A DNA stretch of 63,946 bases, filler included, from Rozella allomycis CSF55 (Eukaryota), in the NCBI GenBank assembly GCA_000442015.1. It is 13 parts of 12 records of this genome, joined end to end, with 100 filler letters (N's around TTAATTAATTAA, not from the genome) between each part and the next. Parts side by side here need not be neighbours in the genome. Positions count along the whole stretch, not along the records: positions 1 to 3,421 come from KE560791.1; positions 3,522 to 10,194 come from KE560792.1; positions 10,295 to 23,737 come from KE560793.1; 10 more parts are not named here. One strand, given 5' to 3'. Of this stretch, positions 1 through 12,317 are shown in pieces. The notes beneath the pieces were generated by a model. That model searched no databases. It saw only the letters and a list, made by a program, of their open reading frames with translations, and was not told the origin of the DNA. Both the position numbers and the translations under genes were made by a program. The stretch's first letter is position 1. Every line of letters starts with the position of its first letter.

Positions 1-2656
1 TAAACTTGTGGAACGTTTCTTGCTCAAGGGTTTCAAAGGCATTTGGCGTACGTTTTGCAGCGCGAAATTTTGCAAACAGATTAGAGATATCGAAATCGAC
101 AAAGACAGGTTCCTGGAGAGAAATTGGGACCGTGGAAGGTGCGTTTTGTGCTACGTGATCAAAAGTGGTTGGAGCAACTTCGTTTGAATTTTCACTAGTG
201 TGAAAATTATCTATTATCATAGAATCATCAACTTTTGAGTTGTCAAACTTGCCTGGCGGGTCGTTTTTGGATAACGTATCTTGGTTTGAAAAAAATTCCC
301 ATCCTCTCCCTAAGCCTAACCCTATGTTCATCATGTCAGCGAGAATGTTTTCTTCCTTGGCTCCTGTACACCTGTACACAAAGAGCATTCTTTTCCTCAA
401 GACTCCCGAAAGTCACTGTGCGAAAGTACTTGAACACACTAATTAAATTGTTAATGTTGGATTACTTTATCACATGACAACAGAGTAAATTCATGTTTTG
501 GCAATCTATCGCTAATAACGATGGACCCAACGCTAAACATCTCCCCGTGATGACTCCTAGTTTTTTTCAAATCCCTTTCTTTCATTTATGAATTAAGGTT
601 GCATAGGGAAGAAAGATTTGTAAGCGTTAACTTGGCTCTCTGCCAAAGCACCCTACCTATTTCAAAATTTTCGATCAGGGACATCGCTAAACCATCATCT
701 TTAGGTTGCATGATTGTATATTTGATGCTGGTTAGTTCATACCAGGGTATCAATTCCGCCGAAAATGACTAAGTAAACTCATTGAACATTTATGCTTTGT
801 TGCTTCTAACCTCAATAAGAGTTTAATGATTAAATGGTTCGTTAAACCTCAATGAGCCCTGTTGAGGTTTATTTTGTCCTTAGAAAGCCGATTAGTTTAA
901 AATCTAAATTGATGAGATCATATACATCATATAATAGTACACTCAAAATTCTGCACAAATTTTGCAGCCGTTATCCAAAATATGCAACCCTTGGTTAACT
1001 TAGCTTTCGGAAGATATTATAATAGCCTGGAATAATTTTTGGTAAATATTTTATATCATTTTAGCCATACAATTGAGTAACCTTAAGCGAATAATAGTAG
1101 AGACTTTGTAAATCAAACACGAAATACGATATTTCAAAGACATAATACAATCCGAAGAACACGAAAAAAGAAATAACTAAATTAAAATAATATTTATAGT
1201 TTATAAATAATATGTATATTATATACATATTTATGAAAGAAAAATTAGATACTATTAAAGTTTAACTCAGGACTTTTCTTTACCTTAAAATAATAAAATT
1301 GAATAAAAACATATTTAAATTTTGCAAAACATTAAATTCTGCAGTGTGATCAAACGACACCGTTGCTCAGTGTAAAATTTGGCAATTGCCGATGTGATAC
1401 GTAATAACGACCGACGATATTTTGTTGATGATGTAAACATTAATGTTCCGGGTGTTATAATCCTAAAAGTACATGTTTTCTTCGTCGGATGACAATATTT
1501 TCCGGCTCATATTGTGTACATTTTATAATTGAAAATATTTAGAATTTTCACTGCCTTGGGAGACATTTTTGACTGGAATATCCCTTTGTTCGAACCAGCA
1601 TTTACTCAATCAAACAGTGACAACAATAACAACAGCATACCGATTTGTGTTTTTTGTGAATAGAGTCAACTAACGGGATTGCGTGCGGCCACAATAGAGC
1701 GTTTGCTCTTGACAGTTGTATATAATCTGGCCTTTTTTGATATAACGTATAAGTCATTAACTATTCGATGACAACAAATATTGAGTACCTTAGCCAATGC
1801 GACAGAGCCTGATGTCATAGTTTTGTGAAGACTGTTTATCTGGGCACTTCCTAGCCTATCAAACTCGTAAAATTACGCAAACAATAAAATGTATATTTTA
1901 CGTATTAAGGCAAAATTTACAGTAACAAATTATATATTGTTTCCAATGTGTCGAACTACTTTGAAACAAGACCATGGCCATAAGATAAATAATTTGCCCA
2001 TGAATCTGTATCGGAAGAGTCTATGCCCGCTGAAAGTGTCGTCGCATCATTCTTTATCTAAGGGGTGGTCTGAAAATATGTCTAATCGCCAGGTCACATA
2101 TGACATGAAAAATGGAGTAAAAGACACCGAGACCATATCTTTTACCCCAATTTTGCAAGTAAATATATTGCGCTACAATTAACGAAGGACATTATAAGCG
2201 CATGTTCATCATGTCGGCGAGAATGTTTTCTTCCTTGGCTCCTGTACACCTGTACACAAAAAGCATTCCTTTTCCTGCAGACCCCCGAAAGTCACTGCGC
2301 AATATTACTTGAACACACTTATTAAGGTGTTAATGTTGGATTACTTTATCACATGAAAGCTATAAATCAAATTGGGTATTGAAACCAGCGAATGAAATAT
2401 TTTTCTTTGGTGTGATACTGGGCTGTCTGTTAAATGTTTATTTTAACATTGGCAATTTAAAAATACGAAAATCAACTTGCAAGCAACAATGGCTTAATCT
2501 GGATATTGAATCAGTAAAATTGTCCAACCGATAATCTTGTCGTTAGAATCAGGAACGCAAAATACCATTTACCTGTTTAGATTTCTTACTAAAGTGAATT
2601 CATCATATTTAGAACTAGGAGTAAAAACGGGTAAATTTGAACCACAATAAAGAAGA

Positions 2657-3277
2657 TTATTTAGTATGGCTACTTTCCAATATTTTTTGCTTCACCCTTT
2701 GTTGTTGTAAAGCGACATTCTTGGTAGCTTCCGTCGCTTGAAACTTGTTTTCGCCTTGAGATCGGTTCAAATCATTTTTTCTAACCCCGAGTTGTTCTCT
2801 TAATTTTTCAAAGGCTGGTTTAGCGAATGGTTTCGTGAAAATTCTTGCGAGCATTTTGTTGGTATTGCAACGTTCAGGCTTGCCAATGTTTCACTGTTTA
2901 ATCCTTTTGTTAAGAAATCTGCTAATTGGTCTNATATAGCGAATGGTTTCGTGAAAATTCTTGCGAGCATGTTGTTTGTGTTGCAACGTTCAGGCTTGAT
3001 TGTTCAATTTTTGATTTGTTCCCTTACGAAATGATGTTTTAGGGCTATAAGCTTGGCCTAACCGTGTTGTGGTCGTCGTTGTGGGATCAATGCATCCTTT
3101 GGTGACGTTGTGGATGGTATTTAGTTTATGTTGATGTATGCTAGGGTAAAGTTCAAAAAATAGTTCATTTATCCACATCGCCTCTTGAGTTGCGAGTCCC
3201 AAGGCTAAATATTCTGTTTCCGCGGTTGACCTAGATAGAGACATTTGTTCTACTTTGTGTGGTTGGTTTGAGCACAT
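2657..3277 (-). mobile_element. Degenerate Ty1/Copia pol C-terminus (RNase H region)
   Basis: SLSRSTAETEYLALGLATQEAMWI and MLARIFTKPFAKPAFEKLREQLGV resemble the Copia RNase H motifs (STAEAEY...; QLADIFTKPL...LR..LG). Frameshifted and partly duplicated across a single N. Confidence 0.75.
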
Positions 3278-3421
3278 TCTTAATTTTAATAAATTGGTTT
3301 CTTTTAGGTGGATTTATTTGTTATTTCTTATTATTATTAATGGATTCCTAAAGAAACTTGATAAGGACTTAAGAAAGATTGAGAGTAGTAACGATTGTTT
3401 ATTTATTCTCCGATCTCTTCT

Positions 3422-3521
3422 NNNNNNNNNNNNNNNNNNNNNNNNNNNNNNNNNNNNNNNNNNNNTTAATTAATTAANNNNNNNNNNNNNNNNNNNNNNN
3501 NNNNNNNNNNNNNNNNNNNNN
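3422..3521. other. Artificial contig linker (N-run, TTAATTAATTAA, N-run); 12 such linkers in the window
   Basis: The same 100-nt six-frame-stop spacer recurs at about 10195, 23738, 32197, 34559, 46809, 51499, 53243, 56235, 57651, 59715 and 61491. Confidence 0.97.
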
Positions 3522-4972
3522 AAACAGGATGCCCCAAATAACTCCCAAATCACCAGCATGATCAGAGAAAGCAATGAAATCAAGAAGTTTTTGTCTTTTA
3601 TGTTTGTATAGACGAGTATATACAGCATCGGCAACATAATTTGATGCAAACACATTAGTTGTGGTTAAGAAATCATTCTGGACAACACAGTGAATAAGAC
3701 AACCTGTCTCTTCACTAGATGCTTCTAGACTCCCAATAGCTCTCACCAAAATATCCCAATCTACATAAGAAATGGTAGACGCTAGTAGCATTTGTTGGCT
3801 TTCATGAAGTGCATGCGCCAGAACAAATCTTGGAATTCCTCCCCACTTGTTATACAAATCATTGACAGTCCTCTCTGGTAAATCTTGATAAAGCAAAGCG
3901 CGACAAACTTGAATTTCTTCCTTGCTCCAAACTGACATATAGCGAATAGTGCAATGATCATCGCTGAACTTGTACCAAAGTTCACGACGAGGAGATGACA
4001 GAAGAATGGTCTTGGAAGCAAGGTCCACTGGTTTGAAGGCATCAACAATGTATATGGTATTAGGATCATGGAGATAAGGAACAAAGTCTGATTGAGATCC
4101 ACTGCTAATCACTCCAGACGAAAATAGATATCTCTCGTTGCTTCTCCCTCGCTCATAAACCACAGTATGGTTATGCTTCGCGAAATAATGAAGAAGAAAA
4201 TACCCGAAATAGGTTTTACCAATCCCAGGATTTCCTAGAATAACCAAGTGAGGCGTGGTGGGATCTGCAATAATTTCCAGACATTTAGCTAGAAGAAGCG
4301 TATAACAAGGACGCACAAACCAAGACTTGCCAATGACTGAATTTCCGAGGATATGAACATTGTCTGGTAGATTTACGACAGTATTCGGAGCACCAATTTC
4401 CAAAACCCGTAATGCATTCCAGTATGCATTCCCAAGGATATGAACATTGTCTGGTAAATTTACGACAGTATTGGGAGCACCAATTTCCAAAACCCGTAGC
4501 GCATTCCAGTATGCGGCATGACTAGAANGAACCACTTTTAGCGAAATGATGAAGAAGAAAATACCCGAAATAAGTTTTACCAATCCCAGGATTTCCTAGA
4601 ATAACCAAGTGAGGCGTGCTGGGNTGACTAGAAGCAGCCACTAAATCATTATTCAAACATTTATTCTTACTTGCAGGATGAAGCTTGTTGTAAATAACAC
4701 GACCCACTGTTCCAAGGTCCGCAACCAAATCCTCTTTGGTGAAAGAATAGATGTCTTCAAATTTAAACTGTTTTTCTTGAACAAACTTAGAAATTTTTTC
4801 TTTAAATCCTTGAGTTTCAATCCANTACTGTTTCAAGCTCCGCTACCCATTCCTCTTTGGTGAAAGAATAGAAGTCTTCAAATTTAAACTGGTTGTCTTG
4901 AACAAACTTAGAAATTTTTTCTTTAAATCCTTGAGTTTCAATCCACCGTCCAAACTCTTCCTCTGTAATCAT
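3522..4972 (-). CDS. Crinkler (CRN)-like P-loop NTPase effector, 3'-truncated and locally misassembled
   Basis: FVRPCY...LVILGNPGIGKTYFGYFLL (Walker A), YIVDA (Walker B), LLSSP, MSVWSKEEI and WGGIPRFVL are typical CRN-NTPase motifs. Short helical N-terminal header from ATG 4972; segments are duplicated around single Ns. Confidence 0.75.
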
Positions 4973-6175
4973 TTCTTAGACAGGGGTATTTGAAACAGGG
5001 GTTATTAAAGGTTTTTTAAGGTTTTTTAAACGATAAGTTACAATGTAGCTATTTGAAAATTAATCTTCCCTCCCACTGAGCCTGCCTCGGTCTGTTTCAT
5101 CAAGGTATCATCTGGAGAATTCTCGATGAAGTTCTTGAGAAGTTCCTTCAGTTTTCAATTCGAGCAGTTGGTTTCAACGCAATCGAAAAGCTGTTGTTTG
5201 CTCATCATTTTTTGACAGATCCAGGGGTTTTGGGTGCCTCCAAATGNCTGAAACAGTTAAAGGTTTTTTTAAGGTTTTTTAAACGATAAGTTACAATGTA
5301 GCTATTTGAAAATTNATAGCTATTTGAAAATTAATCTTCCCCAACTGTCAAAATCCTTCTCCCACTGGGCACTGAGCCTTGGTCTGTTTCATCAAGGTAT
5401 CACCTGGAGAATTATTCTCGATGAAGTTTTTGAGAGGCTCTTTCACTGTTCTACAATTGGCTTCAACCAATCGAAGAGCTGTTTTTTGCTCATCATTTTT
5501 TGACAGATCCAGGGGTTTTGGGTGCCTCCAAATGATAATAGTAATGTATCATAAGATATATCTTGATTCTGAAGAGCAAATTAGCTCTCCGTATAATAGA
5601 AATATACCTTAGCTAATTGTCTTGTAATCTTCCGCCGCAACTATCCTATTTGGATTAATTATAAGCATCCTTGACAATATAAACTCTTGAAGCTCCGATT
5701 TCTGCTCATTCTGTAAAGCTTTTGATCAAACCTTGATTGGCAGTGTGGACTATTCTTGATTNACATCCTTGACAATATAAACTCTCATTCATATCTTGTA
5801 AAGCTTTTGATAAAACCTTGATTGGCAGTGTGGACTATTCTTGATTTGTGGGCATCGATCGTGTCCATTAATATCGATTATTCCATCAATCAAAATTGCA
5901 GAACTTAAACACCATAGTCTTTTCAATCTTTAAAGAAATCAAAAATGACCGCCTTAGATTCAAATGTCAATTCAGTTGATGAACAAACCAACAAACATAA
6001 CTTTTTCTACTCAAATATATCAAAGGTCAAGCCCTGATGTCAGCTCATGGTCACTAGGGGATTACAAGTCGTTGACTTATCCCTTTGTTACTTTTGATGT
6101 AGATGATAATATCCCTGTGTCCTTGCACTCTAAATAAAATGATAGACGATATCTGAACCTTTATCTAAACCCCTG

Positions 6176-7381
6176 TCAACGAGATGATTTAAAAACTGGC
6201 TGGTTGCAACAAGCAAGAAGCTCAAATGTGAAGTTGAAAATTTGAAAGATAAAGATGGAGATATAATTGAATTTGGGNGGCTGGTTGCAACAAGCAAGAA
6301 GCTCAAAGGTGAAGTTGAAAATTTGAAAGATAAAGATGGAGATATAATTGAATTTGGGGTGTATTGTCTACGGAACAAAGAAGATTGGATTAGAAATCTT
6401 GGTGATGACTATGGTCCATTTATTTACACGAAGCTCAATTCAGCAAGTAAAAATCAAGTGTCTGAATTTTTACCTACTGAAGAACTGGTACCTAAAAACA
6501 TGAAGCTTGCTTTCTTTGATTGAATAGAACATAAAAGTAACGATTGTCCGAAGGGTAAGAATACGTGTGTAATGTGATGTTACTAGAGACTGTAGAAACT
6601 CGAATGATATCCATCGGTGCCAAGTGTGCCACTTTCAGCCATAGAAAATTTGAAAGAAAATTTATTCGCTCTGAAACATGTCATATCAAGAATCCGAACG
6701 CTTCTCCTTGAACAAAGATCGGTGTTTTACATACCAGGGAAGAGCTTGCCTTCAATCTCTTTGGAAAACCATTCGAGCGACGCGGAATGGCCCTTCAGAT
6801 TCATCGGTGAATGTTATTGGAACTTTTGGCTTTGGAAAGTCGTATATGCAGTGGTCTGCAGATGGAATACCAAGAAAGTACATTAAAAAGAATCACATCG
6901 AGATTAGTAGAAGGTATTAATGCCTGGATATAATAAGTACACATTCGTCCGTGCTACTCGGGATTGTTGGAGATTTTATGACCCATACATTTACAATTAT
7001 GGTGGCGTTGATATGGTTTTGGTGACTGGTACAACAATTGTTGGAATCAAGGTGACCATTGCTACCACACAAACCAATAACAAGATTTTTCGAAATGTGG
7101 AAACCCATACGGATGAACATCACTTATCGATTAAAGGTTTGTTTGTAGCAGGTGATGATTTTATTCATGAAGAAGAAAATGTCAAAGTTGTATACCTGAA
7201 GAATGTTTATCAAAAATTTTGGGAAGCTTCGCGTCCCCGTCAAGTGCCTGAAGTTCAAGATTATGTTTGCTCGTGCCGTTCGAATTGCTCCTCAAATAGA
7301 TGTGGATGCAACAAGTCAGGAAACTTATATAGTCAAAATTGCCAATGTGATCCCGAAAAGGGTTTAAATAAAGTTGAATGA
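6176..7381 (+). pseudogene. Fragmented CRN-like gene (header, P-loop remnant, nuclease-like part, Cys-rich CXC tail)
   Basis: Header ...NLGDDYGPFIYTKLNSASK resembles that of the 4972 gene. VIGTFGFGKSY is a Walker A remnant; GGVDMV..IGIKVT follows; C-terminal CSCRSNCSSNRCGC. Several stops and frameshifts. Confidence 0.55.
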
Positions 7382-7779
7382 TCCACCTCATCATTACGCC
7401 GCTTGCAAGCGCTCCATTGTGCGGTCAAATCACAGTTGATGGATTATATTTCCCGTTCGGTGTTGAAAGGTTATATCATGGATTATGTCAACATCAAAGC
7501 TGATGTTTGGGGACCAAGTGCTGTGCGACGATAAAATATTAGGCAATATCTTTGATGTCGACATGGTCCATGATGAAACCCTTTAATGCTCATGGCGGTG
7601 CTTGGAAGCCGATTATTCGACCAAAAAATCTTCCCTCGAGCTACTATCTTTTAGAAGTCACCTTCTTAATATATCATTAGATACCCACAAGCAACCATTA
7701 CGATCGACTACCACATTAAATCTTTGTTCGAAAGCTTATCAACAACTGCAATGTCTGCCTCAATTTCTACACTGAATTC

Positions 7780-8280
7780 GGTCAATAATAGCTCAAGCGA
7801 CGACTCACCTACGTATTATCGAACTTATATTTTACCGCATACCTGCTGAATTGAGCTTGGTGTAAACAGATGGGCCATAGTTATCAATCCAATCTTCTTT
7901 GTCATCAATCCTATCCTCTTTGGCNCTAATAGCTCAAGCGACGACTCACCTACGTATTATCGAAACTTTAATTTTACCTGCTGAATTGAGCTTGGTGTAA
8001 ACAGATGGACCATAGTTATCAATCCAATCTTCTTTGTCATCAATCCTATCCTCTTTGGCCTTTGCCACATAAACATACAATACACTCACAAATTCAATGA
8101 TATCTCTGTTGACATGAAAATCCAAAGAATGAAAATTTACGAGCTTGAAATCTCAANTTTCTTTGTCTTCAATCCTATCCTCTTTATCACATAGACATAC
8201 AATACACTCACAAATTCAATGATATCTCCATCTTACTTTTCCGCTTTGTCTTTGAGCTTTTTGCTTATTGTCACCGCTCT
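7780..8280 (-). pseudogene. Inverted degenerate copy of the same CRN header
   Basis: The reverse strand gives DGDIIEF...KEDWIDNYGPSVYTKLNSAG, matching 6242-6523. Confidence 0.5.
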
Positions 8281-8453
8281 TGTGAAACGTGAACTTTTTA
8301 AAGAGCTAAAAAATATGTTTAATTATTCTTAGACTTCAAGAGCAAAATGAGCCACGAGGTCTGATGAAGATGTCTAATAGTTTCTTCATGTCAACCTGAA
8401 AGTTTCGCACGTGTTGTCGAAATAAGAATTAATGCGAATTTTGCAAGGCTAGG

Positions 8454-9845
8454 ATGCATGGATTGATATCATGGTTTATTTCTCTGAGCCTTATTCAGTC
8501 TTTCAAAATCTATTGTGGTAAAGACCTATACTTTGTTGATGAATACACACATCCTGCTCAAGACTACTTTCACGGGTTTCGACAACGCGACAATATTTTG
8601 ATAACGGTCAAAATATATTCTGAATATGAAGCAAATGGAAGTGAAAAAAGATTTCAAAGGGAAGTTGATGCCCTAAAGCTATTGTCAAATTCCAATTTTG
8701 TGCCAAAGCTGGTTTGTAGTGAAAAGAACTCGCAAGTAGTAATCGGAAATTATAATATGAGCTTTAAAAAGCATGTTTTAGTGTTTGAATATTTAAAGGG
8801 AGTGCCAATTTACCAACACGTTACATTGCAAAGGGTTTCCCTTGGTAATCAAATAGAGATCGCCATGAAAATACTGATATTTTTAGAAGAATTGAGAAAC
8901 TTTGGCATTGTTTTGAACAATATAAACATCTACAACATATTTATTGACGAAGGTTCTGTAAAATTTATTAACATGGAATATTCCACGAATATCAATGAAG
9001 CCAAATTGTTTCCAAGTGTGAATATCATAAGCGCCAACGAAACTGAAAATACACACGCCATTGATTACTTTGGATTTGGTGTTGCAATTTATATGATTCA
9101 AGCACTGATTTGTTGCAGCGATGCTACAAAAGACAATTTCTTGGAAATGATTTTACCATTCAAGCAAGTATCGAACAACTTAATACCCCTTCCATGCCCC
9201 GATAGTTTCAATTACAACATTTACAGATTTACTAGGCCATTTCTGCAAATTGATCATCGAAAGAGAGTTGGACATTCTTTGAAATCATTCGAGTTAATTG
9301 AATTTAACCTATTTAAGGGTTTAAATTGGCGTGATATGAAACAAAACATGCATTATACAACAAATTATCACAGTATCGAATTGGAATTTGATAAACAAAA
9401 TCCTCGAATTTTTGATTTTGACATGGGATACGTAAATAGATATATCCATTTATTACATCAACAAACTATTTTAATTGATCGATTGAGAGGCTTTGATTGC
9501 ATTCAACCTTTGAAAACATTGTTCTCGAAAGTTACTGAAAAATGTGAATTGACTCTAAATAGCATTAACAATTATAACCAGTTTATGATATCGTCATTGG
9601 AATGGATGCGTTTACTATCTGTAAACTGTGAAGTGTTTCGAAATGAACTGGACATACTCTCAAAGCATGTTGATAGCAAATTATTAGAAAGTAAAGTATT
9701 GCTTCAAGAATCCCTCAGAGTAAAGAAACAAGTTGAATCGATATCTAATGATAAAACTAATACCATAAAAGCAATAGAGAATATTAACTTCAATTTGTCA
9801 TTGCTTAAAGATTTCATCATTAAAAGTACTCAAATAGCTTTCTAA
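8454..9845 (+). CDS. Intronless, probably secreted protein-kinase-like (pseudokinase) protein with helical C-terminus
   Basis: Hydrophobic N-terminus. Kinase subdomains ITVKIY, FQREVDALKLL, LVFEYLKG and IDYFGFGV are present, but HRD and DFG are replaced by LNNIN and INMEY. Confidence 0.7.
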   Translation: MHGLISWFISLSLIQSFKIYCGKDLYFVDEYTHPAQDYFHGFRQRDNILITVKIYSEYEANGSEKRFQREVDALKLLSNSNFVPKLVCSEKNSQVVIGNYNMSFKKHVLVFEYLKGVPIYQHVTLQRVSLGNQIEIAMKILIFLEELRNFGIVLNNINIYNIFIDEGSVKFINMEYSTNINEAKLFPSVNIISANETENTHAIDYFGFGVAIYMIQALICCSDATKDNFLEMILPFKQVSNNLIPLPCPDSFNYNIYRFTRPFLQIDHRKRVGHSLKSFELIEFNLFKGLNWRDMKQNMHYTTNYHSIELEFDKQNPRIFDFDMGYVNRYIHLLHQQTILIDRLRGFDCIQPLKTLFSKVTEKCELTLNSINNYNQFMISSLEWMRLLSVNCEVFRNELDILSKHVDSKLLESKVLLQESLRVKKQVESISNDKTNTIKAIENINFNLSLLKDFIIKSTQIAF

Positions 9846-10063
9846 TAAAGAAAGTTGATTATATTTCAACTTCTTGTTTGATTATTATTCCAATTCTTGT
9901 CAATATTTAAGGTTGAATTTATGGGAATAAGAAAGATACTCGTTTTATTCGACTTGTCATTTATTCCAGATTAACTTAATATACTATTGAATGTACCAAT
10001 TGTGCGACAAATTTTTAGGTGACCAAATAATTTGTTCAATCAGATTTTGGTTGTTTACATTTG

Positions 10064-10194
10064 ATGAAATCATCGATTATAGTCGCTTACGTCTTTCTTC
10101 TTTTAACCCTTCTTACATCTGATATTCTTTCATGTGGATGTGGTCAGATGACCACCGTGCAAGGAAAGACCTGTTCTCCATTAACCAATCAATT
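10064..10194 (+). CDS. N-terminus of a small secreted Cys-containing protein, truncated by gap
   Basis: MKSSIIVAYVFLLLTLLTSDILSCGCG...C: signal-peptide-like start, runs into the linker. Confidence 0.4.
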
Positions 10195-10293
10195 NNNNNN
10201 NNNNNNNNNNNNNNNNNNNNNNNNNNNNNNNNNNNNNNTTAATTAATTAANNNNNNNNNNNNNNNNNNNNNNNNNNNNNNNNNNNNNNNNNNN

Positions 10294-12287
10294 NACATAT
10301 TGCATGAGAGTCAAATAGGTACAATAACTCTATAAATATTATAAGAAATATCTAATTTTAATGATGTAAAAAATCAGCTCATGTCAAATCAATTGGAAAA
10401 CGAAGAGCGAAAAAAGAGCATGCACTTATTAAAAAGTGAAATCAAACGATTGAGAGATTGCAATGAAGTGATGAAAGAACAGCAGTAAGCAAGCATTGAA
10501 ATCAAAAACTAGCCAGAAGGATATGAAATCCAAGTTGAATCTTCAGAGACAAGAATACGAAACTATTATTAAAAGACACTTAAGTTTCATTGATAAATTA
10601 CTTGCAGAGAAGGATTCTTTGGCCAAAAAATGCGACGATTTTTCTGTAGAATTGAAAAACCTTGAAAAGAGTTTTAAGGAAAAGGAAAGATTAAATTTGT
10701 TTTAAAATCAGGTTCAAAAAGCACAAGATGACGCCAGACTAGATTTTATGAAACAAAAAGAGTTGTGGAACGCTTCTGAAAAACTCAAAAGGGACAAATG
10801 GATTAATGAAAAGTCTAAACTAATCAAGGAAAACACAATTAAAAGCCTTGAACCAGAAATACAAAAGATAGTCGCTGTAAGATGACATAAAAAGAATATC
10901 AAGCAACATAAGCAGCAGATGAGGAATCTAGAAGAAAAACTTCGCACTGATTTTGTAAATGAAAAAAATGAGCTCATGGAGAATCATGAGAGACATATTG
11001 TAAAAAATAACTTTGGTTTCTTTTATAGTCAATAATGAAAGAGAAAATCAATAAAGAAAAAGAAACTAAATTGCTTGAAGAAATTGAGTTTATGAAGAAA
11101 CGCTATCGTCGAGAAAACGAACAAAGTCTTTTAAATTTTGACAGCATGAAGAGCAAATTAATTTTGGAATTTAACGAAGAAAAGGAAAATTTAATTGCTT
11201 CTCATAAGAAGCATGTTGAAAATATGCAAAATTTTCATCGAGGGCAAATTGAAGAGCTACAAGAGACAATAGCTAGATGCAAATTAGAAGGAATAAGCTC
11301 ATTAGAAGAGCACAAGAGAAGATCATTAGGAGATGTAATTAATTAAAGATTACTGAAACAGATGAGGCAACTTGAAGAAAAGATCAAACTGGAAAAGGAT
11401 GAATGGCAGAGTCATCTACTGATAAAGCTTGAAAAACAATTTAAAGAAAAGGAGGTAAGAAATTTAATTGAGAAACTTGTTGAAAGAAATGATTGCAAAG
11501 CTTCGCACAGAAAGGGATTTAGAAATTGACAATATTGTCCAGCGACTAGAAAAAGAAAATAGTGAAATAATAAAGCAGATTGAGTCAACGAACGAGAGAG
11601 CAATTAGTACGGAGCGAAATGTTTTTGAAAAACAAATTAAATCTGTAAAAAATGGATGATATGATTTTCATTAGATGAAAGAAAAAATCAATGAGTTTGA
11701 AAAGAATTGCAAGTTGTTGCAAGAGGCTAATTTGGAAACAGCTAAAAAGTGTGAGCAATTGGAAGAACTGAAAAAAGAGATGGATGAGAAGCATAACGAA
11801 TTAGTAAATAGACTCTGATTTTTTATATAGTCCAATGAATTGAGAGAAAAAGAGAACATGATACTCCAATTTAATAGACAAAGACTTGAATTAAAAGAAG
11901 AAATCAGTAACTTAGCATTCTTCGTGTTTAAAGGAATGGGATTTAAGGAAGAGTTGAGTGCCAAAGACACCGCCTTTGAAACACTTCATAAAAAGTTTCA
12001 AGAAGCAAGTCGACGATTCGATGAAATGCAATCTTTAAACAAAGCAGAATTATCAAGGGTAAATCAAGAAAAAGTATTCTATCCCATCAATTTTGAATAG
12101 ATCGAAGCCATTGACAAAATAGAAAAGCAAGTCATGGGAATGTTGACAGTAAAGGATGAAATTATCAAAAACCTTCGCCTACAAATTGAAGAATCAAAAT
12201 TCAAGATTATAAACTTAGAAAATCTTGTAGAGAAACAAAGAAAGGTATATTCAAAGCATTTGAATGTTATAGGAACTGCTGTTTTAA
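10294..12287 (+). CDS. CEP131: Centrosomal protein CEP131/AZI1 homologue, 5'-truncated, about 11 introns of 27-30 nt
   Basis: Spliced product contains YETIIKRHLSFIDKLLAEKDSLAKKCD, EKLKRDKWINEKSKLIKENTIKSLEPEIQKIVA-QHK and ERDLEIDNIVQRLE, matching the CEP131 coiled coil. Stop at 12285-12287. Confidence 0.82.
10685..10711 (+). other. 27-nt GA-AG intron in CEP131
   Basis: gaaagattaaatttgttttaaaatcag contains an in-frame TAA. Removing it gives ...KSFKEK|VQKAQ..., colinear with CEP131. No GT or GC donor is available in the right phase. Confidence 0.7.
11455..11482 (+). other. 28-nt GT-TG intron in CEP131
   Basis: gtaagaaatttaattgagaaacttgttg; removal gives KEKE|KEMIAKLRTERD. The nearest in-phase AG would make a 46-nt intron. 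Confidence 0.6.
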
Positions 12288-12317
12288 TAAATCTGTCAAA
12301 TATTCTTTAATTTTATT

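Noticed and set aside
235-2356. Short ORFs and a 150-nt repeat (325-477 matching 2202-2356)
   Set aside because: Probably decayed repeat sequence; I could not assign a family or a credible gene.
3422-3521. Recurrent TTAATTAATTAA palindrome
   Set aside because: Always embedded in N-runs of fixed total length, so it is an artificial six-frame-stop linker. Adjacency across it has no biological meaning.
4330-4920. Apparent tandem duplications next to single N bases (also near 6278, 7925, 23483, 30816, 55668, 59601 and 60381)
   Set aside because: The pattern of one N followed by a re-start of nearby sequence indicates unmerged contig overlaps or alleles, not real repeats.
10496-12287. Stop-codon reassignment or programmed frameshifting to explain broken ORFs
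   Set aside because: Every interruption coincides with a removable 26-32-nt intron-like insert, and TAA, TAG and TGA all serve as normal stops elsewhere.
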